DNA of 32,000 bases from the NCBI RefSeq assembly GCF_000196355.1, contig NC_007614.1, positions 2,010,001-2,042,000 of the forward strand, in the 5' to 3' direction. The DNA comes from Nitrosospira multiformis ATCC 25196. GTDB lineage: Bacteria > Pseudomonadota > Gammaproteobacteria > Burkholderiales > Nitrosomonadaceae. The position numbers and the translations under genes were made by a program. Below the pieces are notes generated by a model that searched no databases, was not told the origin of the DNA, and worked only from the letters and a program-made list of their open reading frames with translations. Below, one piece after another: positions 8,824 to 17,929 of this stretch; the first letter of the stretch is position 1, and each line of letters begins with the position of its first letter.

Positions 8824-9891
8824 ATGAAGCATAATATTCTCGCTCGCCACCCCAGCGATTTGAATATCGGCTGGGCGCAACGGGTAGTCAATTGTCATTG
8901 TTCCCATGTAACGGTATCCAGGGTAGATCTGGTTTCCGTCGATATAGGAACGACGACACGGGTTCGGATTGCGGTTGAACATGATGGTCCGGAGACGATC
9001 TCGCGCAAGTGGTTTGTAAAATTACCTTCGCTGGCCTGGCGGCCAAGGCTGATTACTGGGTTGCCAGGATTACTTCATACTGAAACCCGCTTCTACAATG
9101 AAACAGCGCAAGCGGTGCCCATCGCCGTACCCGGTTTTCTCGCGGGTCAGAGTAAACCCGGCAAGGGTGCGACGCTGGTTTTGAATGATGTGACTGAATC
9201 CGGGGCTGCTGCCGGCAACCCTGGGGATGCCCTGACGGCGGATCGCGCCGCACTTGTCATCAAACAACTGGCCCGGCTGCATGCCCGCTTCTGGAACAAA
9301 TTCGATCTTATGCAGAAATATGCCTGGCTGGCGGGCATACGCCAACTCGAAGATCACCTGGGGACTGCGCTTGCCGTTCCGCTGATGAAGCGGGGGCTCC
9401 GGCAGGCGGAAAAACTCATACCCTTCCCGCTGCATGCACCCGCTATAAATTATGCTCGCCAGCGTCGGCGCGCCATGCGCTTTCTTTCAGGGCGACCGCA
9501 AACACTCGTTCATCATGATTGTCATCCCGGCAACCTGTTCTGGAGCCAAACTCAACCGGGTCTTCTCGACTGGCAATTGGTGCGTTTCGGCGAAGGGATT
9601 GGTGATGTCGCTTATTTTCTTGCTACCGCCCTAACGCCCGAGGTACGGCGAAATCATGAGGCAAATCTGCTGGCTATCTATGCCCAAGAGCTCACGAACT
9701 GTGGTATCGAAAACATTGACGGCGAGATATTGAAGCAGAGATACCGTGCTCACCTCGTTTATCCATTCGAAGCAATGGTTGTGTCGCTCGCTGTCGGCGG
9801 AATGATAAAGCCGGAAACCAACCGGGAACTGATTCGCCGCGTCGCCACCGCTGTGAACGACCTCGATGCTTTTGCGGCAATCCCGCTATAA
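8824..9891 (+). CDS. phosphotransferase-family protein (APH/choline-kinase/EcKL, DUF1679-like fold), substrate unknown
   Basis: Frame of ORF 8737..9891. Catalytic-loop-like LVHHDCHPGNLFW and LLDWQLVRFGEGIGDVAYFL (Brenner HxDxxxxN plus a DxQ/DFG-like motif). I prefer ATG 8824 (MKHNIL...) but 8737 cannot be excluded. Confidence 0.7.
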   Translation: MKHNILARHPSDLNIGWAQRVVNCHCSHVTVSRVDLVSVDIGTTTRVRIAVEHDGPETISRKWFVKLPSLAWRPRLITGLPGLLHTETRFYNETAQAVPIAVPGFLAGQSKPGKGATLVLNDVTESGAAAGNPGDALTADRAALVIKQLARLHARFWNKFDLMQKYAWLAGIRQLEDHLGTALAVPLMKRGLRQAEKLIPFPLHAPAINYARQRRRAMRFLSGRPQTLVHHDCHPGNLFWSQTQPGLLDWQLVRFGEGIGDVAYFLATALTPEVRRNHEANLLAIYAQELTNCGIENIDGEILKQRYRAHLVYPFEAMVVSLAVGGMIKPETNRELIRRVATAVNDLDAFAAIPL

Positions 9892-10342
9892 CCCCTGCTG
9901 TCCGGAATAAAATCAGCGGCAATCCAGAGAACTGCATGGGCAAAAGATGTAATAACGGAGAATTTTCGGGGAAACCTGATGTCATTTTCCTCTAAAATGG
10001 AGTCATTGATTTCTCATATTATTATCTTGAAAAATCTGGACATCTGTTTTAGAGGTATGACGGCAGCCTGAATCCGCCGCTAGAATTCCTCGCTCAGCGT
10101 TCGCAGATGAGGAACTCAGAAAGTAATCATGGAAGAACTGAAGTTGGTAAATGAAATTTTAATTCTTAAACCAAGGGCAGCAATCCCTTAGAGTCTTGGC
10201 TGCTGATTTATTCGGCAGCGGAACGCTATAACCGGAAACTCTGCATATTACGATTTCACTTTTGCCGCTCCCTTGTTTCTGGAAATTTACGTTACACTGC
10301 TGCACTCAGGGAAGCAGTTCAATCCTTCAGCCTCCAGACATC

Positions 10343-11002
10343 ATGAATGACGATCTCAAGGGCAGGCTCGAAGCAATCGATGCGGATTGCGAAAGAGCAG
10401 CTAAAGCGGAACTTGACAAACTATTCGAAACTGCTCCTTCCACAGGGTCGGCTTCGCGCGGTCCATCTCCTCAAGCTGCGGAGGCGATCTGGCTCAGGCT
10501 GATCGGATGCAAGGAGGAGGGATTCATACAGGAAATAAGGACTGCGAAACAGAAGAAGATCGGTGGGAGCTCTATGGGCTCGGCCGGGGAAGCGAAGTCT
10601 GTGGAGAAAGCAGTCAATGACTTATTGGCGGATGAACGATACCTTGCGCGCATGCGCGACTTTTATACGCAGGTGGCTGGGGAAACAGTTCCGGAAACTT
10701 CGCAAGCGCAAGCAAAGCGCCTGGATCTTATCGATACCACTTATCGGACAGGGGTCGAGAATGCGTTGCGGCGAGCGCGGGAGAACGTTCTCTTCGAACT
10801 GAGCTTGAACCGCGCAAGCAAGGAGGATGATGCGGCTTTTCTCTCGCAATGGAAACAATACTCCACCCTGAGCCCCTGGCGAGCAATCTGGACAATCATC
10901 CTGCTAAGCTTGACGTCATATCTTATCGCATTCATCATTGCCAGCGAGGCGTTCAGAGCTCTACTGGAGCGCTTTGGCTGGTCTACCGGCACGGGAATGT
11001 GA
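10343..11002 (+). CDS. hypothetical tail-anchored protein (helical soluble domain plus one C-terminal TM helix), no family recognised
   Basis: Frame of ORF 10262..11002. ATG 10343 (MNDDLKGRLEAIDADCERAAKAE...) is preferred over the upstream TTG. TM segment WRAIWTIILLSLTSYLIAFIIASEAF lies near the C-terminus. Coding status rests only on ORF length and composition. Confidence 0.45.
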   Translation: MNDDLKGRLEAIDADCERAAKAELDKLFETAPSTGSASRGPSPQAAEAIWLRLIGCKEEGFIQEIRTAKQKKIGGSSMGSAGEAKSVEKAVNDLLADERYLARMRDFYTQVAGETVPETSQAQAKRLDLIDTTYRTGVENALRRARENVLFELSLNRASKEDDAAFLSQWKQYSTLSPWRAIWTIILLSLTSYLIAFIIASEAFRALLERFGWSTGTGM

Positions 11003-11076
11003 AAAATAGCCGGTGGAACCCCGCATAACCAGATTATCCCGAGCGATACCGGTCCCTCTCGAACTGCCAAACACTA

Positions 11077-11574
11077 CTACATTGCATTCAAATCCTGGAT
11101 TGCATCGATGACCATTCCAGTTCCTACCGCAATCAGAAGTATGTCGATTCCCACTCGAACGTAACGGTAGCCCGGGGCAGGATAGCCCAGTTGCTGCAGC
11201 AAAACGGGAGGCAAGTCATAAAAAACAACGTCGCGGGGTAACGGATAACCCGTTCTCCATCTCTTCGCCTGTCCCGGTGGCATGCAATCGTTATATTTTT
11301 TTGCCAAACCGGGGGGACAGTGCCCCCGTTGAAAACGCGGGGCATAATAGTTGTGAGCAATGGCACGCTGCCGGTCATCAAAATAGTAATGGCTGTGGTT
11401 GTTGCCACCTCTGTGGTTTTTCCCGTCCTTGCCTTTGTTCCAATTTTTTCCTTCGTGACCGTGCCGGCCAGGATGACCGTCATCTTTCCACTTATCAGCC
11501 GATACAGGCGGGGAGATCGAAAACATCGAGAGAGCAAAAGCCGGAGCCAGGAATGCCAGGAATATTTTTTGCAT
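11077..11574 (-). CDS. CigR/RcnB-like periplasmic protein with His/Gly/Lys/Asn-rich N-terminal region
   Basis: 165 aa. Signal peptide MQKIFLAFLAPAFALSMFSISPPVSA. HPGRHGHEGKNWNKGKDGKNHRGGNNHSHYY tract. C-terminal CPPGLAKK...MPPGQAKRW...LP...PGYRYVRVGIDILLIAVGTGMVIDAI matches the CigR-family PPGxAK repeats and terminal module as I recall them. Confidence 0.65.
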   Translation of the reverse strand: MQKIFLAFLAPAFALSMFSISPPVSADKWKDDGHPGRHGHEGKNWNKGKDGKNHRGGNNHSHYYFDDRQRAIAHNYYAPRFQRGHCPPGLAKKYNDCMPPGQAKRWRTGYPLPRDVVFYDLPPVLLQQLGYPAPGYRYVRVGIDILLIAVGTGMVIDAIQDLNAM

Positions 11575-11622
11575 AATTATCCGGGGAAATCACAAATTTT
11601 GCGGCACGAAAGCTCGCAGGGA

Positions 11623-12246
11623 TCAATTCTCGAGCCAACTTTCCAGTTTCGAGCGGAAATCCTCAAATGAATAATAGCCTCTGGTCAATACCGCGTAATC
11701 CCTGTCCTCCTGCCCGACCACAGCGGGAAATCCGTGCACCCTCCACTGGCGGACTTTTTGAAAATGGACAAGGGTCAATTCCTTTACGGCATCGGATTCG
11801 AATACCTGAGAGAAAAGTTGGGCATCCAGTCCTGCAACAACGGCCAGGCGTTCCAGTATCTCTTGCCGGGTCACATCCTGCTGATCGACATAAAACGCAG
11901 ACTGAATGGTCTTGAAAAATGGGAATACTGAATCAGGACTGATCCGGGAAGCGGCGATAACTGCACGGCTTGGAGGCTCCGTATCGTAGATAAAGCCTTC
12001 CGGCATTGCACCTTCGAAGCTGAACGGCTGTCCTGTTGCACGCTGTACGGCATGCCAGTGATGGAGTATTTCCTCACGCTGTTGAGGAGGCAGGGGAGTT
12101 TTGGTCCCGGCGCGCAATCCGCCCAGCAATAACTCCATCCTCAGGCGATCGCCATACTCCTGCCGGATTCTCTCGATCACGGGCGAAAATCCCCAGCACC
12201 AGGAACACATCGGATCGGCGACATACCAGAGGATTTTTTCGTTCAT
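11623..12246 (-). CDS. DsbA-family thioredoxin-fold protein (COG3531-like)
   Basis: 207 aa. N-terminal LWYVADPMCSWCWGFSP with a CxxC (CSWC) active site. No signal peptide is evident. Confidence 0.8.
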   Translation of the reverse strand: MNEKILWYVADPMCSWCWGFSPVIERIRQEYGDRLRMELLLGGLRAGTKTPLPPQQREEILHHWHAVQRATGQPFSFEGAMPEGFIYDTEPPSRAVIAASRISPDSVFPFFKTIQSAFYVDQQDVTRQEILERLAVVAGLDAQLFSQVFESDAVKELTLVHFQKVRQWRVHGFPAVVGQEDRDYAVLTRGYYSFEDFRSKLESWLEN

Positions 12247-12377
12247 GAGGGTAACACGCGAGATTACTTCGACTGAGCAGGTTCAGGAAAGCAATGTTCC
12301 AGTCGCACTCTGAACCGCCGCGCGTATTTTTCCGGTCGCACGTCAGTCACCGGAAGAAAACAGAGAAAGAAACCGGC

Positions 12378-14189
12378 CTACGCCGCGCGCGCCGCTTTCC
12401 TGCGTTCGTGCTCCTGCAACAGACGCTTGCGGATACGAATGGTTTTAGGCGTAATCTCCACAAGTTCGTCATCCGCGATGAATTCGATAGCCGATTCCAG
12501 GGTGAGCTGGATGGGCGGTGTCAGAACGACGGCTTCATCACTTCCGGACGCCCGTATATTCGTGAGCTGCTTGCCTTTGATCGGGTTGACCACCAGATCA
12601 TTGTCACGGCTGTGGATACCGATCACCATTCCTTCATACAGGCGCTCCCCCGGGCTGACAAACATGCGTCCACGTTCCTGCAATTTCCACAAGGCGTACG
12701 CCACCGCTTCACCCTGCTCGGCGGATATCAGAACCCCATTGCGACGTGCGGTTATTTCAGGACGCATGGGAGCATATTCGTCGAATACATGGCTCATGAG
12801 ACCCGTGCCGCGCGTCATGGTCAGGAATTCCGATTGAAAGCCGATCAGACCCCGGGCGGGAATGCGATAATCGAGTCTCACTCTCCCCCGCTCATCGGAA
12901 ACCATATCCTGCAGATCGCCGCGCCGCGCCCCCAGCGCCTCCATCACCGCGCCCTGATGCGCCTCCTCAACATCCACCGTAAGCATCTCAAAGGGCTCGC
13001 ATTTGACACCGTCAATCTCGCGAATCACGACGTGGGGCCGCGACACCGCCAGTTCATAGCCTTCGCGCCGCATGTTCTCCAGCAGAATGGTGAGATGCAA
13101 CTCGCCCCGGCCTGAAACCAGGAAAGAGTCGGTATCCTTGGTCTCCTCCAACTTCATGGCAACGTTGGTCAGCAACTCCTTTTCCAGTCGTTCGCGCAGT
13201 TGCCGGCTGGTGACAAATTTCCCTTCCTTTCCTGCAAAAGGTGAAGTATTCACCTGAAAATTCATGGTGAGCGTAGGCTCGTCCACGGCAAGCATGGGCA
13301 ATGCCTCAGGCTCGTCGATATCGGCAAGTGTGGCGCCGATACTCAACTCTTCGACGCCATTGATGAGGACGATGTCACCCGCCAATGCCTCGGCAAGCTG
13401 GACGCGTTCAATGCCCCGGAAGCCCAGAACCTGGTTGACCCTCGCTTTCCTGGGCGGATTGCTCCCCGCCAGCACAGTGATATCCTGACCGGGTTTAAGC
13501 CTTCCACGATTGATGCGTCCAATACCGATGCGTCCCACGAAACTGGAATAATCCAGCGCGCTGATCTGGAGTTGCAGTGGACCATCAACATCCTCCTCCG
13601 GTGCTCTGACATGACTGAGGATCGTGTCGAAAAGCGGGCGCATATTGATGCCCGGCTGTTTCAGGTCGAGCGTGGCGTAACCGTTGAGCGCCGAAGCATA
13701 CACAACCGGAAAATCAAGCTGTTCTTCATTTGCGCCCAGCTTGTCGAACAGATCGAAGGTCTGGTTTACTACCCAATCCGGCCGTGCGCCGGGCCGATCG
13801 ACCTTGTTGATGACGACGATCGGACGCAGTCCCAGCGAGAGCGCCTTCCTGGTAACAAAGCGCGTCTGCGGCATCGGACCTTCCACCGCATCCACCAGCA
13901 ACAGCACTCCATCAACCATGGATAAGACACGCTCCACTTCACCCCCGAAATCGGCATGACCCGGCGTATCCACGATATTGATATGCACGCCTTCGTAATC
14001 GGCTGCGCAATTCTTTGCAAGGATAGTGATGCCGCGCTCGCGCTCGATATCATTGGAATCCATCACGCGTTCGGCGATGTGCTGATGTGCCGCGAAGGAG
14101 CCGGCCTGATGCAGCAGTTTATCCACCAGTGTCGTCTTTCCATGATCGACGTGAGCGATTATGGCGATATTGCGCAGGGAACGAGGCAT
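12378..14189 (-). CDS. typA: translational GTPase TypA/BipA
   Basis: 603 aa. [18 protein letters not shown] (G1), [12 protein letters not shown] (G3), NKVDR (G4), with EF-G-like domains throughout. Confidence 0.97.
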   Translation of the reverse strand: MPRSLRNIAIIAHVDHGKTTLVDKLLHQAGSFAAHQHIAERVMDSNDIERERGITILAKNCAADYEGVHINIVDTPGHADFGGEVERVLSMVDGVLLLVDAVEGPMPQTRFVTRKALSLGLRPIVVINKVDRPGARPDWVVNQTFDLFDKLGANEEQLDFPVVYASALNGYATLDLKQPGINMRPLFDTILSHVRAPEEDVDGPLQLQISALDYSSFVGRIGIGRINRGRLKPGQDITVLAGSNPPRKARVNQVLGFRGIERVQLAEALAGDIVLINGVEELSIGATLADIDEPEALPMLAVDEPTLTMNFQVNTSPFAGKEGKFVTSRQLRERLEKELLTNVAMKLEETKDTDSFLVSGRGELHLTILLENMRREGYELAVSRPHVVIREIDGVKCEPFEMLTVDVEEAHQGAVMEALGARRGDLQDMVSDERGRVRLDYRIPARGLIGFQSEFLTMTRGTGLMSHVFDEYAPMRPEITARRNGVLISAEQGEAVAYALWKLQERGRMFVSPGERLYEGMVIGIHSRDNDLVVNPIKGKQLTNIRASGSDEAVVLTPPIQLTLESAIEFIADDELVEITPKTIRIRKRLLQEHERRKAARAA

Positions 14190-14348
14190 AAAGGTTCGTA
14201 GGCTTACAATGTCAAAAGGGGCGGAATTATAACAGGTCGACGAGTGACATGCATGCTGACACCGGGGTGCCCATGAAGTTCCAAGATATCGCTGCCGGAG
14301 AAGATTTTCATGCTCTGAATCCAGGTGTAAAAAGCAGGCGGGAGATAA

Positions 14349-14371
14349 ACAAAAACCCGCGCGAGCGGGTC
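14349..14371 (-). terminator. rho-independent terminator downstream of the comEA-like gene
   Basis: The minus strand reads ACCCGC TCGC GCGGGT followed by TTTTTG. Confidence 0.6.
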
Positions 14372-14493
14372 TTTGTCAAGTAGCGATCGTGCCGGCAGGT
14401 TATGCATTTCTGGAAACCGCCATGCCCTGCTGCCTGTCCTTCCTACCACCTCCATTATCTATCGCATTATCGCGCTCTAATATTGCGGCATCA

Positions 14494-14793
14494 TTACTTA
14501 CCCGCCGGCTTTGCCCCCACCTTCAGAACGGTCGGTCCGGCGACTGAAACATCCTTGTAGAGCTGCTTCATATCCAGATAGCGGGGATTGATGCCGTCTA
14601 CCTTTGTCAGGTCCTCCGCCGTCCTGAATTTGCCCGCCTTCGACCGGTATTCGATGATCGCCCGGGCTTTGGCGGAAGTAATACCATTCAAGGTCTGGAG
14701 CTCTTGCTGGGTAGCGGTATTGATATTGACAGCAGCATGAACACTGCCTGCGAAGATCAGCGGAGCTGAAATAATGATGAGCAGTTTGCCCAT
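14494..14793 (-). CDS. ComEA-family helix-hairpin-helix DNA-binding protein (secreted)
   Basis: Start moved to ATG 14793 (MGKLLIIISAPLIFAGSVHA...) behind SD AAGAGGAGAA. VNINTATQQELQTLNGITSAKARAIIEYRSKAGKFRTAEDLTKVDGI is the ComEA HhH module. Confidence 0.85.
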   Translation of the reverse strand: MGKLLIIISAPLIFAGSVHAAVNINTATQQELQTLNGITSAKARAIIEYRSKAGKFRTAEDLTKVDGINPRYLDMKQLYKDVSVAGPTVLKVGAKPAGK

Positions 14794-14835
14794 GGTTTTC
14801 TCCTCTTTGTATGAATGAATTGCGGTTGCACGACA

Positions 14836-14860
14836 TTCGGGCAAACCGCCCGAATTTTTT
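14836..14860 (+). terminator. terminator-like hairpin with its T-tract on the plus strand, inside the OMP/comEA spacer
   Basis: TTCGGGC AAACC GCCCGAA followed by TTTTTT on the plus strand. No plus-strand gene lies upstream. See findings. Confidence 0.3.
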
Positions 14861-14925
14861 CAACACCCCCGATCTGGCAGGAGGCAGGTTTAAACCCGTA
14901 CGATATTGATGGACAATCAACCTCC

Positions 14926-15813
14926 CTAGAAACCCATTCCAATGTAGCCACCGGCGGTCATGCCATCGATCTTGATGCCATCGTTTCTGCCACTGGTCAG
15001 GTGATAGCGGCCATCGATACCGGCAAAGAAGTTTTTCCAGATCTGATAGTCGGCACCGACACCGAACATGACGCCGGGGATCAGTACCGTGATGGATTCG
15101 GAAGGCGGACTGATCACATGGAGACCAAGACCGGCGGGAATGATCCAGGGCCTGAAACGGGAACCCTCGAAAAATTTGATCTTGGGTGCCGCCGTCAAGG
15201 TGAACTGACTGACGTTCACGCCGGAACCCGGGGGAGGAAGCGCATTACTGGCTACCTTGCTGCCGAATTCCTTGTATTCAAACATGACTTCCGACATGAC
15301 ACTGGTGTTCGGCATCAGCCCCCAGACATCGTTTGTCAGATTAAAATCCAGTCCCGCGCCGATATACCACGCATTCCGATCCGCCTGACCTCCGGCACCG
15401 CCAATTCCCCCGCTTTGAATGGATACCCCGTTACGAAGATCGTTGCTACGCGCATAGCCACCCCGGAAAAAAACCATGTGGGCCTTTTGATCCGAAGTTC
15501 TTTCGACCGAAGCCCCACTCTCTTCGATTTTCGCAATCTTTTGCGCGTCCGCCGCCTGGCGTTTTTCTATCGACGTCGATTTCTGTTCGATCTGCATCAG
15601 CCTCTGCGCTTCCCGAGCGGATTCCGCTTTCACCTGGTTCAGCTCATTTCGAACGGCTTGCAGACTCATCTCCAGCTGCCTGAGTTGCTGCTCCAGCGCT
15701 TGCGTTCTGGCATCCTGGGCGGAAGCCGCGGGTGCAGCCACAGATATGACAATAACAAGCGAAGCAGCAGAAACGGCAGCAATCGATTGCATCTTGTCAA
15801 GAAAATACTTCAT
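14926..15813 (-). CDS. outer-membrane beta-barrel protein with N-terminal coiled-coil segment
   Basis: 295 aa. Signal peptide ending AAPAASAQ. About 70 aa of heptad-like QALEQQLRQLEMSLQAVRNELNQVKAE... Alternating amphipathic strands and a C-terminal GGYIGMGF (terminal Phe, as in OMPs). SD GGAGGA precedes the ATG. Confidence 0.7.
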   Translation of the reverse strand: MKYFLDKMQSIAAVSAASLVIVISVAAPAASAQDARTQALEQQLRQLEMSLQAVRNELNQVKAESAREAQRLMQIEQKSTSIEKRQAADAQKIAKIEESGASVERTSDQKAHMVFFRGGYARSNDLRNGVSIQSGGIGGAGGQADRNAWYIGAGLDFNLTNDVWGLMPNTSVMSEVMFEYKEFGSKVASNALPPPGSGVNVSQFTLTAAPKIKFFEGSRFRPWIIPAGLGLHVISPPSESITVLIPGVMFGVGADYQIWKNFFAGIDGRYHLTSGRNDGIKIDGMTAGGYIGMGF

Positions 15814-16533
15814 CTAATTTCCTCCATGATTGTTGTCGAATTTTGCTGGCTCCCTGTTTCCCTGGAATAGGAAAAGATGCGGGGAAAGTCCGTGTGCCGG
15901 CTGGACATTCTTGCGGCCGCGCTCCACCATCCACCCTGACCGCGATGCGGATCGCACTCCTGACGATAGCAACGGACTCGCGGTGATTCCGGGGAAGACC
16001 GGATGAGAATGCAGGAAAGAGGACGGACAGTGGCATCGGACGGGCTATTTGAGCTTCGAGTCAGGGAATATGGATAATCGGATTTTCATATCGCGAAAGC
16101 ATGATATGTCTTGCCCTCCAAAAAAGAGTTGATGAATGTCATGTTCTGGTTGTTTTCCGGGAGCTCTATGCCATTAGGTTTTCTTCTCGCTGCCCTCGCT
16201 GCCGCTTACTGCCTTTTAACATGGCTGTATTCGCTTTCCAGCTCTGCCATCGCAGAGTCGATCATGCTTAAATCATAATGACAAAAATATATCCGAGACC
16301 GGAACGGACTGAATCAGGCAGGAAAATGTCCCGCCTCGAAATGAGACTCGCAAACGGGAAGACAGGAGAAGCGCAAGAGCTCTCTCCGGCACGGGAAGGG
16401 ATGACCCGGGAAGGGCATCACCTCAGGGCACTCAGCCCGGATTCAGCTAAAACAGATGGTGGAATTGTTCGGCAGTATTGCCGGTGAATGAGCAAAAAGC
16501 GGAAAGAAGGTGATCTCCGCCGAGCGGGGAACT

Positions 16534-16569
16534 GGCAGGGCCGCTCTGCAAAACCCGGTCGGCCCTGCC
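16534..16569. other. 10-bp perfect inverted repeat just downstream of fnr (possible terminator lacking a U-tract)
   Basis: GGCAGGGCCG (16534-16543) and CGGCCCTGCC (16560-16569) separated by 16 nt. Confidence 0.35.
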
Positions 16570-16584
16570 TAAGGTTACTTCACT

Positions 16585-17376
16585 TCAGAAGTAAAGGGAG
16601 GCGACGTTGGTTTGCCTCAAGGATCTTTGGGGTCTTTGGTTGGCAATCTGCTCAAGCCGCTTGATATCCTTGAGTTTGACATTACGGTATTCACTGCTGA
16701 TGAGGCCGTCGTCCTGAAACCGTGCAAATATGCGGCAGACGGTCTCTTCCGCAATACCGAGATAATTACCGATATCGCTGCGGGACATGCACAAGGTGAA
16801 TTCGGTGGCCGAACAATGCCGCTGTTCAAATTGCCTGGACAAGTTGAGCAGAAAAATGGCGATCCGCTCCTCGGCATTGTGTTTACCGAGCAGGAGCAGC
16901 AATTCCTGACCATGATGGATTTCGGCACTCATGATTTTGAGAATCTCATACTGAATGGCCGGATCCTTCTTGGCCAGTTCTTCGAAACGCTCGACGGAAA
17001 CCTCACATACTGAGGTCACTCCCATTGCCCTCGCTTCGCATTTATGCTCCCGATTACTGATGGCATTAAGTCCCAGCAGTTCCCCGGCTGCATGAAAACC
17101 CATTACTTGAACCTGCCCATCCTCAGTGCTCACGCAGGTTTTGACCGATCCCCCACGGATGACATAGATATACTCCAGCGGCTGGCCCATACGGTAAAGC
17201 ACTTCCCCACGCTTGAATACCTGCTTCTTTTTTACCACGCGCTCAAGCAGGGATGAATCGGCGGTTTTGAGCCAGAGGGACATACAAAGGTGATACGCCC
17301 CGCAATTCTTGCAATCATTGGGTACATCCGCGTGCTCCGTTGAGGAAGGTATCAGCTTGAGTGCGTGTTTTGACAT
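16585..17376 (-). CDS. fnr: FNR/ANR-type CRP-family transcription regulator ([4Fe-4S] oxygen sensor type)
   Basis: N-terminal C-x2-C-x5-C (DCKNCGAYHLC) plus an internal Cys in TSVCEV, aligned with E. coli C122. cNMP-like beta-roll. C-terminal HTH SRSDIGNYLGIAEETVCRIFARF. ATG 17376 is preferred; TTG 17394 is possible. Confidence 0.9.
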   Translation of the reverse strand: MSKHALKLIPSSTEHADVPNDCKNCGAYHLCMSLWLKTADSSLLERVVKKKQVFKRGEVLYRMGQPLEYIYVIRGGSVKTCVSTEDGQVQVMGFHAAGELLGLNAISNREHKCEARAMGVTSVCEVSVERFEELAKKDPAIQYEILKIMSAEIHHGQELLLLLGKHNAEERIAIFLLNLSRQFEQRHCSATEFTLCMSRSDIGNYLGIAEETVCRIFARFQDDGLISSEYRNVKLKDIKRLEQIANQRPQRSLRQTNVASLYF

Positions 17377-17406
17377 GTGAGGACCTATAGGCAATAAATT
17401 GGATGG

Positions 17407-17877
17407 CTATGCCGGCAGCTCGATGTTGCCGAGAACCGCTCCGGGAAAATCCGTTAACTGATACTTGCCGCTTACCACCATCGCAGCCAAGGTATCCAGC
17501 GTCTGGCCTTGCAGAAGTTTCACGATTTCCTGCTTGATCGGCCACCATTTTGCGTGCATGGGACAAGCGGTGGTGTCGCTGCAAACTTTCAGCCCCAGAA
17601 CACAATCCTCCGTAAATCCCGGGCCCTCGGTGATCCTGACGATCTGCATCAGGTTAATCTTGTCACTGCTTTCCCGCAAGCAAAACCCCCCCTGCTTTCC
17701 ACGAAAAGAATACAAAAGGTTGCCCTTGCATAACTCCTGCAGAATCTTTGCGAGATAAGTAGGCGGCGACCTCAGGCATTCCGCTATTGTGCGATTCAGC
17801 ACAGCCACCCCGGGAGGCTGGGTTGCCATGTAGATGAGGGCCTGAATGGCATATTGGGTCGTACGCGAAAGAATCAT
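17407..17877 (-). CDS. Rrf2-family transcription regulator with three-Cys cluster site (NsrR/IscR type)
   Basis: 156 aa. N-terminal wHTH (SRTTQYAIQALIYMA). C92-x6-C99-x5-C105 (DCVLGLKVCSDTTACP), as in Fe-S-binding Rrf2 proteins. The stop lies 12-30 nt before the fnr start. Confidence 0.9.
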   Translation of the reverse strand: MILSRTTQYAIQALIYMATQPPGVAVLNRTIAECLRSPPTYLAKILQELCKGNLLYSFRGKQGGFCLRESSDKINLMQIVRITEGPGFTEDCVLGLKVCSDTTACPMHAKWWPIKQEIVKLLQGQTLDTLAAMVVSGKYQLTDFPGAVLGNIELPA

Positions 17878-17929
17878 CGGGAACCGGAGAAAATACGGTG
17901 AATATTTAGAACTTTTTTAAGACCAATTC

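Noticed and set aside
12294-13115. 273-aa plus-strand ORF
   Set aside because: It lies entirely antisense to typA, whose identity is unambiguous. The Arg/His-rich product with no recognisable motif is a typical shadow ORF of a GC-rich gene.
14906-14920. TTGATggacaATCAA as an FNR site
   Set aside because: The spacer is 5 nt, not the canonical 4. It also lies immediately after a stop codon rather than in a promoter.
14815-15870. 351-aa plus-strand ORF
   Set aside because: It is antisense to the outer-membrane protein gene, which has a good SD, a signal peptide and a C-terminal Phe. The product is low-complexity and Arg-rich, so I treat it as a shadow ORF.
16132-16278. 48-aa hydrophobic plus-strand micro-ORF (MNVMFWLFSGSSMPLGFLLAALAAAYCLLTWLYSL...)
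   Set aside because: It has only a weak AAGAG SD-like element and no recognisable family. I cannot distinguish it from chance in an intergenic region without conservation or ribosome-profiling data.
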